Assembly: GCA_945898045.1 (NCBI GenBank)
Contig: CAMDGG010000003.1
Location: 10,529-74,528, forward strand
Length of the DNA: 64,000 nucleotides
DNA from: a bacterium UBP8_UBA817
Lineage (GTDB): Bacteria > Margulisbacteria > Marinamargulisbacteria > SXXA01 > SICP01
Direction of reading: 5' to 3'
Notes under the pieces: model-generated
What the model was told of the DNA's origin: nothing
Databases searched by the model: none
The model's input: the letters and a program-made list of their open reading frames with translations, nothing else
Made by a program: the position numbers and the translations under genes
Part shown: piece by piece, positions 31,902 to 40,275 of the stretch
Layout of the letters: the number at the start of each line of letters is the position of its first letter
Numbering within the stretch: position 1 is the stretch's first letter

Positions 31902-32864
31902 ATGAAAAAAGAAACACAAGAGAGACCCCCAGAAATCGTAACAATGCGTCAATTGCTAGAGTGTGGCGTTCACTTCGGACACCAAACTAAGCGTTGGAAT
32001 CCTAAGATGAAAAAGTACATTTTCACCTCTAGAAACGGAATTCACGTTATCGATCTTCAACAAACCATTAAATTAATCAGAAAAGTATATGAAGTTGTAA
32101 AAGACGGTGCAAGAAAAGGCGGAACTGTCCTTTTTGTTGGAACTAAAAAACAAGCGCAAGAAGCCGTTCAAGCTGAAGCAGAAAGATGCGGCATGGCCTA
32201 CGTTAACCATCGCTGGTTAGGTGGAACACTCACAAACAACATCACTATTCGTCAAAGTATTAACAAACTTAAAGATATTAATAAATTAAAAGACGACGGT
32301 ATTCTCGATCAACTATCTAACAAAGAGGCATCACGTAAAAATAAAATGCTCACACGTCTTGAGTATTACCTTAATGGTATTCGTGACATGACTACAATGC
32401 CTTCATTCGTTTTCATTATCGACACGAAGCGCGAGCAATTAGCCGTTCGTGAAGCTAATCGTCTAGGTATTCCTATTATTGGTGCAGTAGATACCAATGC
32501 AGATCCAAATGAAGTGCAATTCCCAATTCCTGCTAACGATGACGCGATTCGCGCAATCAAACTCTTGTGTTCCATCATTGCACAAGCTGTTTTAGACGGA
32601 CAAAGAGAGCGCGCGGAAAATGTTGTAGCCGAAGCTGAAAGAGCCCAAGCGCTTGCGCATGCGGAAGCCAATCCAGTTGAAGCAACTCCAGAAACATTGT
32701 TGGACATCGAAGTAGCACCGGTTTTGGAATACGAAGAAATCGAAAAAGCAGTTATTGAAGAAAAACCTAAACTTAAAAAAGCAATTAAAAAAGAAGTGCT
32801 TGATGAAGAAAAAGTTGTCACTAAAAAAATCATAAAAGAAAAAGTAGCTACCATAAAAGAATAA
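31902..32864 (+). CDS. rpsB: 30S ribosomal protein S2 (with long acidic/lysine-rich C-terminal extension)
   Basis: VTMRQLLECGVHFGHQTKRWNPKM and the S2 core are present. AGAGAGG precedes ATG 31902. The ORF-track start at 31830 is an unsupported extension. Confidence 0.93.
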   Translation: MKKETQERPPEIVTMRQLLECGVHFGHQTKRWNPKMKKYIFTSRNGIHVIDLQQTIKLIRKVYEVVKDGARKGGTVLFVGTKKQAQEAVQAEAERCGMAYVNHRWLGGTLTNNITIRQSINKLKDINKLKDDGILDQLSNKEASRKNKMLTRLEYYLNGIRDMTTMPSFVFIIDTKREQLAVREANRLGIPIIGAVDTNADPNEVQFPIPANDDAIRAIKLLCSIIAQAVLDGQRERAENVVAEAERAQALAHAEANPVEATPETLLDIEVAPVLEYEEIEKAVIEEKPKLKKAIKKEVLDEEKVVTKKIIKEKVATIKE

Positions 32865-32887
32865 GAGCTCGGCCAAGGAGATCGGCT

Positions 32888-33703
32888 ATGTCCGTAACAG
32901 CAGTACAAGTAAAAGAACTTAGAGAAAAAACCGGTGTAGGCATGATGGACTGTAAAAAAGTCCTGACAGAAGCTGCTGGTGATTTTGAACTGGCTATTAA
33001 GTTACTTCGTGAACGTGGACTTTCTGCAGCTAGCAAAAAAGCAGACAGAACCACCAACGAAGGACGCATTTTTACGTTGCTAAACGCAGCCAAGAAAAAA
33101 GGTGTCATTGTTGAGCTAGGTTGTGAAACAGATTTTGTAGGAAGTAACGATGCCTTTATCCAACTAGGTAACGACATCGCTAAAGCCCTGATTGAGCAAA
33201 ATGTCACAACCCAAGATGCACTTCCTACATTGCAAGTAAACGGAAAGTTATACACTGATATTCTTTCTGAAAATGTCTTGAAGCTTGGTGAAAACTTAAG
33301 TGTTAAGCGTTTTGAAGTTATTGATACGGAAGGTCAATTGTCTGCCTATACACACATGAATGGTAAAATTGGTGTTTTGATTAATTTTAGTAAGTCAGTT
33401 GAAGACGAACTAGGTCGTGACGTTGCTATGCACGCAGCAGCAGCTAGTCCACAATATTTGAACCAAGCAGCAGTACCTGTTTCTGAAGTAGAAGCTGAAA
33501 AAGAAATTATTCGCACCCAGATTCGTCAAGAAGGCAAACCTGAAGCCATGGTTGAAAAAATTGCAGAAGGTAAAATCGGCAAATTCTTCAAAGACATCTG
33601 TCTAGTAGAGCAAGCATTTGTAAAAGATCAAACCCAAAGTATCCAACAGATTCTACCGCAAGGCGTTGAAATCACACATTTCGTTAGATACGCACAAGTT
33701 TAA
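32888..33703 (+). CDS. tsf: Translation elongation factor Ts
   Basis: VKELREKTGVGMMDCKKVL (UBA-like N-terminus) and the EF-Ts core are present, downstream of rpsB as usual. Confidence 0.95.
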   Translation: MSVTAVQVKELREKTGVGMMDCKKVLTEAAGDFELAIKLLRERGLSAASKKADRTTNEGRIFTLLNAAKKKGVIVELGCETDFVGSNDAFIQLGNDIAKALIEQNVTTQDALPTLQVNGKLYTDILSENVLKLGENLSVKRFEVIDTEGQLSAYTHMNGKIGVLINFSKSVEDELGRDVAMHAAAASPQYLNQAAVPVSEVEAEKEIIRTQIRQEGKPEAMVEKIAEGKIGKFFKDICLVEQAFVKDQTQSIQQILPQGVEITHFVRYAQV

Positions 33704-33705
33704 TC

Positions 33706-34851
33706 ATGACGGCGAGAGCCTACTTTGAAGATCTAGAACTAAAAATTCTATCCCCCATAGCAGTTAAAGCAGCGACGTCCAAAGGGCGTCGCTATGACGA
33801 ACCTCCCTCCTCAAACCGAACCTGTTTTCAACGCGACCGCGACCGCATTATCCACGCCAAAGCCTTCCGAAGACTCAAACACAAAACCCAAGTTTTTATT
33901 GCAACAGAATCCGATCACTACCGCTCTCGTTTAACCCATACCCTAGAAGTAGCCCAAATTTCTCGCCATCTGGCACGGCTTTTGCGCGTAAACGAAGATC
34001 TCTCAGAAGCCATCGCGCTTGCACATGATCTTGGTCATACCCCATTTGGCCATTCTGGTGAGCGAGAACTTAACTTACTCATGAAAGACTTTGGCGGATT
34101 CGAACACAACTTGCAAAGCCGCCGTATTGTAGATCAACTTGAAACAAAATATCCCAATTTTCCTGGTCTCAATCTTTCATTTGAAGTGCGTGAAGGGCTT
34201 ATAAAGCATACAACGCCATGGGATAACCCTCAGACAGAAGGACTCGAAGGCTTTAAATCTATAGAAGCCCAAGTCTGTAATATCGCGGATGAAATTGCCT
34301 ACAACAATCACGATCTCGATGACGGGTTACGTGCAGGACTCCTCACTGAAAATGCACTTTGCGCCAACATCACATTATGGAGAGAAGCCAAAAAAGTGAT
34401 CCAGTCTCAGTATGTAAATGTAACTGAAATGCAACTCATTACACTCATCAATAGCCACATCATTTCAGAACAAGTAGACGACGTTTTGGCTCACACGGAG
34501 ATGAGTTTAAAGAAAGAATCGATTCAGTCAGTAGATCAAATCCAATCTTACAAAAAACCGTTTGTTTCGTTTTCAAAAGAGATGTTCGAGAAAAATAAAG
34601 AACTTCGCAATTATCTATTTGCTCATTTTTATTCTCACATCGATGTTTATCGCATGAATAAAAAAGGACAATCCATTATTCGTAATCTGTTTAATGCCTT
34701 TATGGCCGATGCTAAATTGATGCCCGACACGTATCGCAAGCGCATCGCAAACCATGAAAAAAACCAGTCAAAAGAACGTATTATTTGTGATTATATTGCT
34801 GGTATGACAGATACTTTCGCCAAAAAAGAATATCAAGAAATATTCATGTAA
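33706..34851 (+). CDS. dgt: dGTPase-like HD-domain triphosphohydrolase
   Basis: CFQRDRDRIIHAKAFRRLKHKTQVF, RLTHTLEVAQISR, LAHDLGHTPFGH and ICDYIAGMTD are present. Confidence 0.88.
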   Translation: MTARAYFEDLELKILSPIAVKAATSKGRRYDEPPSSNRTCFQRDRDRIIHAKAFRRLKHKTQVFIATESDHYRSRLTHTLEVAQISRHLARLLRVNEDLSEAIALAHDLGHTPFGHSGERELNLLMKDFGGFEHNLQSRRIVDQLETKYPNFPGLNLSFEVREGLIKHTTPWDNPQTEGLEGFKSIEAQVCNIADEIAYNNHDLDDGLRAGLLTENALCANITLWREAKKVIQSQYVNVTEMQLITLINSHIISEQVDDVLAHTEMSLKKESIQSVDQIQSYKKPFVSFSKEMFEKNKELRNYLFAHFYSHIDVYRMNKKGQSIIRNLFNAFMADAKLMPDTYRKRIANHEKNQSKERIICDYIAGMTDTFAKKEYQEIFM

Positions 34852-34890
34852 AAAACTGAAAAAAAGAATACGATTTTTACAGGTCAAAAA

Positions 34891-34919
34891 TTGACAGTCC
34901 GGTTAAATCTCACTAGAAT
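34891..34919 (+). promoter_or_regulatory. Near-consensus sigma70-type promoter: TTGACA - 17 nt - TAGAAT
   Basis: Read directly from the sequence, about 60 nt upstream of the trxA ATG. This is the only intergenic gap before a run of seven tightly packed genes. Confidence 0.5.
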
Positions 34920-34980
34920 TAGCATCTAACTAAGTTGACGTAAGGGTTTGTAGTATTTCTAGAGCTCAAGGAGAAACAAT

Positions 34981-35310
34981 ATGGGACCATTAATAGTAAC
35001 AGATACATCTTTTCAGAAAGAAGTTTTAGATGAAAAAGAAACCTATGTGCTAGTTGATTTTTGGGCAGAGTGGTGCGGTCCATGCAAAATGCTTGCGCCA
35101 ACACTCAATGCAATTTCAGAAAAATTTAAAGGTAAAGTCAAAGTTTGTAAGTTAGACGTAGATGCCAATGGCGTGACTGCTCAAAAATATACGATTACAA
35201 GTATTCCTTGTAATATTTTATTTAAAGACGGACAGGAGATAGATCGTATTATCGGCCACCGGACAGAATCACAATTTACATCAGAACTTCAAACAATACT
35301 TAATAAATAA
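34981..35310 (+). CDS. trxA: Thioredoxin
   Basis: 109 aa with the WAEWCGPCK active site. AAGGAG precedes the ATG. Confidence 0.93.
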   Translation: MGPLIVTDTSFQKEVLDEKETYVLVDFWAEWCGPCKMLAPTLNAISEKFKGKVKVCKLDVDANGVTAQKYTITSIPCNILFKDGQEIDRIIGHRTESQFTSELQTILNK

Positions 35311-35324
35311 AGGTGGAATCAGCA

Positions 35325-36506
35325 ATGATCAATAAAAAAGAGCCGAAAAAACCAAGAAAGCCCAGAACGGAAAAACCCGTTTTAGAGAAAGGGGCAAGAA
35401 AACTTTATAAAATTGGCTACCTAACTAAACTATTAGGTGTTACAGCCAGAACCATTCGGTACTATGACCAAGTAGGCTTACTACCTCATGTTAAAAGAAG
35501 CGATGGGCGCGTACGTTTGTTCGATGATGAAGATGTAGAAATCATCAAAAAAATTCGTAAAATGCAAGCAGATCGTTATCTGCCTCTGGACGTGATTAAA
35601 GGTAAATTATTCGAAGGTGAAGGTGAGGGGGCAAATGCTTCTACAATTGTTGTTGTCACTGACAGCACCGCCGTTATCCCAGAAAAATTTATTAAACAAT
35701 TCAATATTCAAATCATTCCTCTACATGTCAAAATAAAAGGGAAAGATTTTCTGGATGATGGAAAAATCTCCAAAAAAGACTTCTGGAAAAAAAATGAAAA
35801 AACCGGAAATCAAGCTGTAACAGATCCTCCTACAACGGAAGAATTTGTTCAGAAATACAGAGAATTGCATATCAGTGGATACCAAAAAATCTATTCGTTA
35901 CACCTCTCAGGAAAGCTTTCTGCAACCATCGATAATGCCAGACATGCGGCCACGATTGTTGCTGATCATGTAGAAGTAACGGTCATCGACTCTCAATCGG
36001 CAGGCGGTGGGCTTGGATTATTTGTTTTACAAGTAGCAGAAGCGATACATCGTAACGAATCTGCTAAGCAAATTGATTTATTTATTGCCAAACAAATACC
36101 ATTAATTTATTACATCACGATGGTAAATGACCTGAAATATTTAACAACACGTGGCGTTGTACAGGCTGCAAAAGGGTCTCAGTTAGAGCTCATGAACAAA
36201 CTATTCCAATTCAAGCCTATTTTTACACTACGTGGCGAAGAAGAAGCCGTTGATGTGATTGATTGTGTGAAAGATACAGATCAGGCGCGCGTCCTCTTGA
36301 TAGAACATATTGTCCAAGAGCTCAAGCTGCGTGGCGGCTATTCCAAATATCTGATGATTACTTACAACTATTTGTACACAGAAGCAGTAGCCCTCAGTAA
36401 CGAACTCAAGAGTCTCTGTCCCAATACACCGATCTTCTTAGAAGAAGGATGTGTGGCACTTACAACCTACTTGGGGCCCGAAACATTGAGTATTTCTATC
36501 GCATGA
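35325..36506 (+). CDS. MerR-type HTH domain fused to a DegV-family (fatty-acid-binding) domain
   Basis: The N-terminus YKIGYLTKLLGVTARTIRYYDQVGLLPHVKRSDGRVRLFDDEDVEIIKKI is a MerR HTH. The rest (IVVVTDSTAVIPEKFIKQFNIQIIPLHV...LHLSGKLSAT...) is DegV-like. ATG 35325 is preferred over GTG 35313. Confidence 0.75.
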   Translation: MINKKEPKKPRKPRTEKPVLEKGARKLYKIGYLTKLLGVTARTIRYYDQVGLLPHVKRSDGRVRLFDDEDVEIIKKIRKMQADRYLPLDVIKGKLFEGEGEGANASTIVVVTDSTAVIPEKFIKQFNIQIIPLHVKIKGKDFLDDGKISKKDFWKKNEKTGNQAVTDPPTTEEFVQKYRELHISGYQKIYSLHLSGKLSATIDNARHAATIVADHVEVTVIDSQSAGGGLGLFVLQVAEAIHRNESAKQIDLFIAKQIPLIYYITMVNDLKYLTTRGVVQAAKGSQLELMNKLFQFKPIFTLRGEEEAVDVIDCVKDTDQARVLLIEHIVQELKLRGGYSKYLMITYNYLYTEAVALSNELKSLCPNTPIFLEEGCVALTTYLGPETLSISIA

Positions 36507-37000
36507 CGAAGCATGAGCAAGAGGTTCTGTCGTTGTTGAAAAACAATGCCAGGATCTCTGTGGAAGATATTGCTGACAGTATTGGTGTGACAACTGCCAC
36601 TGCCAAAAAGCTCGTCAAAAAACTAGAAAACGACCACACCATTATTCGATACACAACGGTCATTAATGAAGACAAAATGAACGCAGAATGTGGCAAAGTA
36701 AAAGCCCTCATCGAAGTGCGGGTACGTCCAGAAAAGTCGCGTGGATTTACGGGAATTGCCAAGCGCATCGCGCGGCATCCCAACGTAATCGACCATTATT
36801 TGATTTCTGGCCAATACGATTTTTTGCTCATTGTAGAGGGTAAAAATCTTGAAGAAATTTCCAGATTTGTTTCTGAGAAATTGGCTTCAATCGAAAATGT
36901 TCAAAGTACAGCAACCCACTTCATCATGAAAACATATAAAGAAAAAAGTGTGCTTATTGACGCTGATGATGAACTCGAGAGACTCGCCATCCAGCCATGA
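36503..37000 (+). CDS. Lrp/AsnC-family transcriptional regulator
   Basis: The HTH (ILSLLKNNARISVEDIADSIGVTTATAKKLVKKLE) plus an AsnC-type ligand domain are present. ATG 36503 overlaps the upstream stop (ATGA). Confidence 0.85.
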   Translation: MTKHEQEVLSLLKNNARISVEDIADSIGVTTATAKKLVKKLENDHTIIRYTTVINEDKMNAECGKVKALIEVRVRPEKSRGFTGIAKRIARHPNVIDHYLISGQYDFLLIVEGKNLEEISRFVSEKLASIENVQSTATHFIMKTYKEKSVLIDADDELERLAIQP

Positions 37001-38151
37001 GCATTGAATTTTCAAGAGTTCTTGATCAAATTCCACCTTCGGGAATACGGAAATTTTTCGATTTAGTCATCGGTTCAAAAGACATTATTTCTTTAGGCGT
37101 AGGCGAACCTGATTTCGTCACGCCCTGGGGAATCCGAGAAGAAGCTATTGCCACCCTAGAACAAGGCGCCACTTCTTACACCGCTAACGCAGGACTACTC
37201 GAGTGTAGAGAAGAAATCGTTCGCTATTTAAAAGAAAGATTTAATCTGAGCTACAATGCCAAAACCGAAACGATGCTCACTGTTGGCGTGTCTGAAGGTG
37301 TAGATATTACGATGCGAGCGCTTCTTAATCCTGGTGATGAAGTTATTATTCCAGAGCCAGGCTACGTCTGTTATCACCCACTCGTGACGCTTGCTGGTGG
37401 TGTACCCATCACGCTCGACACATCAGCCAATCATTTTATTCCTGATCCTAAAGAATTAGAAAAAATAATCACACCTCGCACCAAAGCGTTGGTATTGTGT
37501 TCTCCCAATAATCCAACAGGTGTAGTCATTCCAAAAGAGACACTCGAGGCCATCGCAGCACTCTCAAAGAAATACAAATTCTGGGTCATCACCGACGAAA
37601 TTTATGCGGAGCTTAACTACGAAGGATATACCTCCTACGCCTCACTCCCAGACGTAAAAGACCGCACCGTTTTACTTAGTGGATTTTCAAAAGCCTTTGC
37701 CATGACAGGGTGGCGTCTTGGCTATATCTGCGGACCAGAAGCGCTCGTTTCACGCACCTTAAAAATCCACCAATACAGCGCGTTGTGTGCACCCATTATC
37801 GCCCAATATGCAGCAATTGAAGCGCTTAAACACAACCTAAAAGCAGTCGAAGAAATGCGGAAATCCTATTTGCTTCGGCGCAACTTCTTCGTTAAAAAAC
37901 TCAACGAAGCAGGACTTCCCACCCCCATGCCATCCGGTGCTTTTTATACCTTCTCATCCATTAAGCATACGGGATTGTCATCCGAAGAATTTGCTCTAAA
38001 CTTATTAAAGAAAGAACGCGTTGCCGTTGTGCCAGGTAATGCATTTGGTGTGTGTGCAGAAGGCTATATTCGCTGTTGTTATGCAACCGATATGGATCAA
38101 TTAAAAGAAGCTGTCTTACGGATAAAACGATTTATTAAAGGACTTAAATGA
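36997..38151 (+). CDS. PLP-dependent aminotransferase, class I/II (aspartate/aromatic-type)
   Basis: GVGEPDF, CSPNNPTG and the PLP-lysine motif SGFSKAFAMTGWRLGY are present. Pairing with an Lrp/AsnC regulator is common. Confidence 0.88.
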   Translation: MSIEFSRVLDQIPPSGIRKFFDLVIGSKDIISLGVGEPDFVTPWGIREEAIATLEQGATSYTANAGLLECREEIVRYLKERFNLSYNAKTETMLTVGVSEGVDITMRALLNPGDEVIIPEPGYVCYHPLVTLAGGVPITLDTSANHFIPDPKELEKIITPRTKALVLCSPNNPTGVVIPKETLEAIAALSKKYKFWVITDEIYAELNYEGYTSYASLPDVKDRTVLLSGFSKAFAMTGWRLGYICGPEALVSRTLKIHQYSALCAPIIAQYAAIEALKHNLKAVEEMRKSYLLRRNFFVKKLNEAGLPTPMPSGAFYTFSSIKHTGLSSEEFALNLLKKERVAVVPGNAFGVCAEGYIRCCYATDMDQLKEAVLRIKRFIKGLK

Positions 38152-38843
38152 CACAAATTTCCCATCCCTATCCCGGAAAATTGATCGCAGTGGAAGGGCT
38201 AGATGGTTCAGGAAAATCGACGCAAATATATCTGCTCAAGCGCTGGCTAGAAATGCAAAACATGAAAGTATTTTTCACCCAATGGAACTCCTCGAAAATT
38301 GTCAAAGCAGCCAGTTCAAAAGGCAAGAAACGTCAACTTCTCACGCCCACCACTTTCAGTCTCATACATGCCACCGATTTTGCAGATCGTTACGAACAAG
38401 AAATTGCGCCTTTATTGCGTGCGGGCTATATCGTTTTATCCGACCGTTATGTTTACACAGCCTACGTGCGAGACATGACCCGAGGGTGTTCCAAAAACTG
38501 GGTAAAAAACTTGTATAGCTTTGCCGTAAAACCAGATATTACGTTTTATTTCGACGTCCCTTTATCCGTGTCGCTTGATCGTATTTTGTCCGGAAGACCC
38601 GAGTTAAAATATTTTGAAGCAGGAATGGACCTAGGCTTATCCACCGATATCCAAGAATCATTTAAACTCTTTCAGAAACGCGTTTACGACCATTATGACA
38701 CCGTTGTTGCAGAAGAAGGACTTGTTCGCGTAGATGCGACTAAAGCCATTCGAGAGCAACAATTATGGGTGAGAAACTACATCTCAAAGCATATTGAACT
38801 TCCTAAGTTTGTAGGTCAAAACAAGGAAAGTCATCATGGCTAA
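38148..38843 (+). CDS. Thymidylate-kinase-like P-loop kinase, paralog 1
   Basis: P-loop IAVEGLDGSGKSTQ and LSDRYVYTAY (the DRY/DRF position of Tmk) are present. It lacks the REPGGT-type segment of canonical Tmk and contains YFEAGMDLGLS. ATGA overlap upstream. Confidence 0.65.
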   Translation: MTQISHPYPGKLIAVEGLDGSGKSTQIYLLKRWLEMQNMKVFFTQWNSSKIVKAASSKGKKRQLLTPTTFSLIHATDFADRYEQEIAPLLRAGYIVLSDRYVYTAYVRDMTRGCSKNWVKNLYSFAVKPDITFYFDVPLSVSLDRILSGRPELKYFEAGMDLGLSTDIQESFKLFQKRVYDHYDTVVAEEGLVRVDATKAIREQQLWVRNYISKHIELPKFVGQNKESHHG

Positions 38844-39528
38844 ATTTTACGTAGAAGGGCTTCCCCATTGTGATGTCCGCACCCTAAGCGGAAAGCTACT
38901 GGTCATAGAAGGTGCCGATGCTTCTGGCAGAACCTCTCAAATCAATGCCATCAAATCTTGGCTAGAAAACCAAGGTTATTCCGTAATTGATGTCGGTATT
39001 AAGCGTTCCACACTGGTCTCAGAAGAACTCATAGAAGCCCAAAAAGGCAATACGTTATTCCATACCACCATGAGTTTGTTCTATGCGACAGACTTTGCAG
39101 ATCAATTAGAAAATAAAATTATACCCGCACTCCGATCAGGTGCCGTCGTTCTTTGTGATCGCTATATCTATACGCTCATGGCACGCGATACCGTCAGAGG
39201 TGCCTCTCCAGAATGGCTAGAAAAAATTTATGAGTTTGCGCTCATTCCCCACTTGGTTCTCTATCTACAAGTTGAACCAGAACGGCTCGTCGAACGGTAC
39301 TTCGAAAAAAATCTACGCTTAGGGTATTGGGAATCTGGTATGGATCTCGGCCTGGCAGGAAATGTATTTGATAGCTTTATTCTTTACCAAAAAAAAATAA
39401 AAGAAGCCTTTCTAGAACTCCGAAAAAAATTCCCATTTCATATCATTGATGGGCATCAGAGCATTCAAGAAATCACGAAAGAAATACAGAAAAATATTAG
39501 CCCTATTCTGGATTTACCCTCTACATGA
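38836..39528 (+). CDS. Thymidylate-kinase-like protein, paralog 2 (P-loop Lys replaced by Arg)
   Basis: It is similar to paralog 1 along its length (FYATDFADQLENKIIPALRSG..LCDRYIYT..YWESGMDLGLA), but its Walker A reads IEGADASGRTS. It overlaps paralog 1 by 8 nt. Confidence 0.6.
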   Translation: MAKFYVEGLPHCDVRTLSGKLLVIEGADASGRTSQINAIKSWLENQGYSVIDVGIKRSTLVSEELIEAQKGNTLFHTTMSLFYATDFADQLENKIIPALRSGAVVLCDRYIYTLMARDTVRGASPEWLEKIYEFALIPHLVLYLQVEPERLVERYFEKNLRLGYWESGMDLGLAGNVFDSFILYQKKIKEAFLELRKKFPFHIIDGHQSIQEITKEIQKNISPILDLPST

Positions 39529-40112
39529 ATTTATTAGATATTGTTGTTGCTTTGGTTTTGGGCGTCTTTGCCTTCAAGGGGTTTCAGCAAGGATTTACAA
39601 AAATCATCGTAAATCTCTTAACATTTTTTGGCGGCATTGTTTTAGCACTAAAATATTTTTCAGTCTTACAGTCGTATCTCCTGATCTGGATTCACATCAA
39701 TCCATTATATTTGGCTATCATAAGTTTTGTAGCCGTATGGGGAATCGTTTTTTTCTTGGCATACCTGCTTCAAATGATGCTAGATAGCGTTATGCATATT
39801 CCACTTATAAAACCCATTGATCGTATTGCGGGTGCAGCTGCGGGGGCTATAAAAGGCGCCCTGATCTTACCTATATTTCTTATTCCTGTTCTATTTGTAA
39901 GTCCCTCCGTTTTAAAAGGGGCCCTGGTGCTAAAGCCCGTAGAATGGGTACTCCATAAAGTTATGGAGCAAGTCACTAACAAAAGTGATCTAAATGTTTT
40001 GCCTAAAGAAAAAACAATAGATCCTGTATCAAAAACAAAAAAAATAAAGCGAAAACGTTCCCCGAAAATCCAAAAAATAAGTGAAGAAGCTATTCCCGAA
40101 CATTTAAGGTGA
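39525..40112 (+). CDS. cvpA: CvpA-family membrane protein
   Basis: MNLLDIVVALVLGVFAFKGFQQGF, four TM helices and a lysine-rich tail are present. ATGA overlap upstream. Confidence 0.8.
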   Translation: MNLLDIVVALVLGVFAFKGFQQGFTKIIVNLLTFFGGIVLALKYFSVLQSYLLIWIHINPLYLAIISFVAVWGIVFFLAYLLQMMLDSVMHIPLIKPIDRIAGAAAGAIKGALILPIFLIPVLFVSPSVLKGALVLKPVEWVLHKVMEQVTNKSDLNVLPKEKTIDPVSKTKKIKRKRSPKIQKISEEAIPEHLR

Positions 40113-40275
40113 AATTTTTTCCCTTCTCAATACGATAACTATAAGAGAGGCAATAAACTTCCCCGTAGGATCAGTTCAAGTACCTGTTCACCGTAGAGCA
40201 CACCATTCAGTGTAGACGTCGTAGAATTCAGCGCACACCGTAGAGCCTCTCTCTTATACAAAAGAGGATGGGACC

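Noticed and set aside
32366-32908. A 180-aa ORF (and a 94-aa ORF at 32592-32876) lies antisense to rpsB.
   Set aside because: It lies opposite a highly conserved ribosomal gene. It has low-complexity Ser/Phe-rich sequence, typical of the mirror frame of a Glu/Lys-rich coding region.
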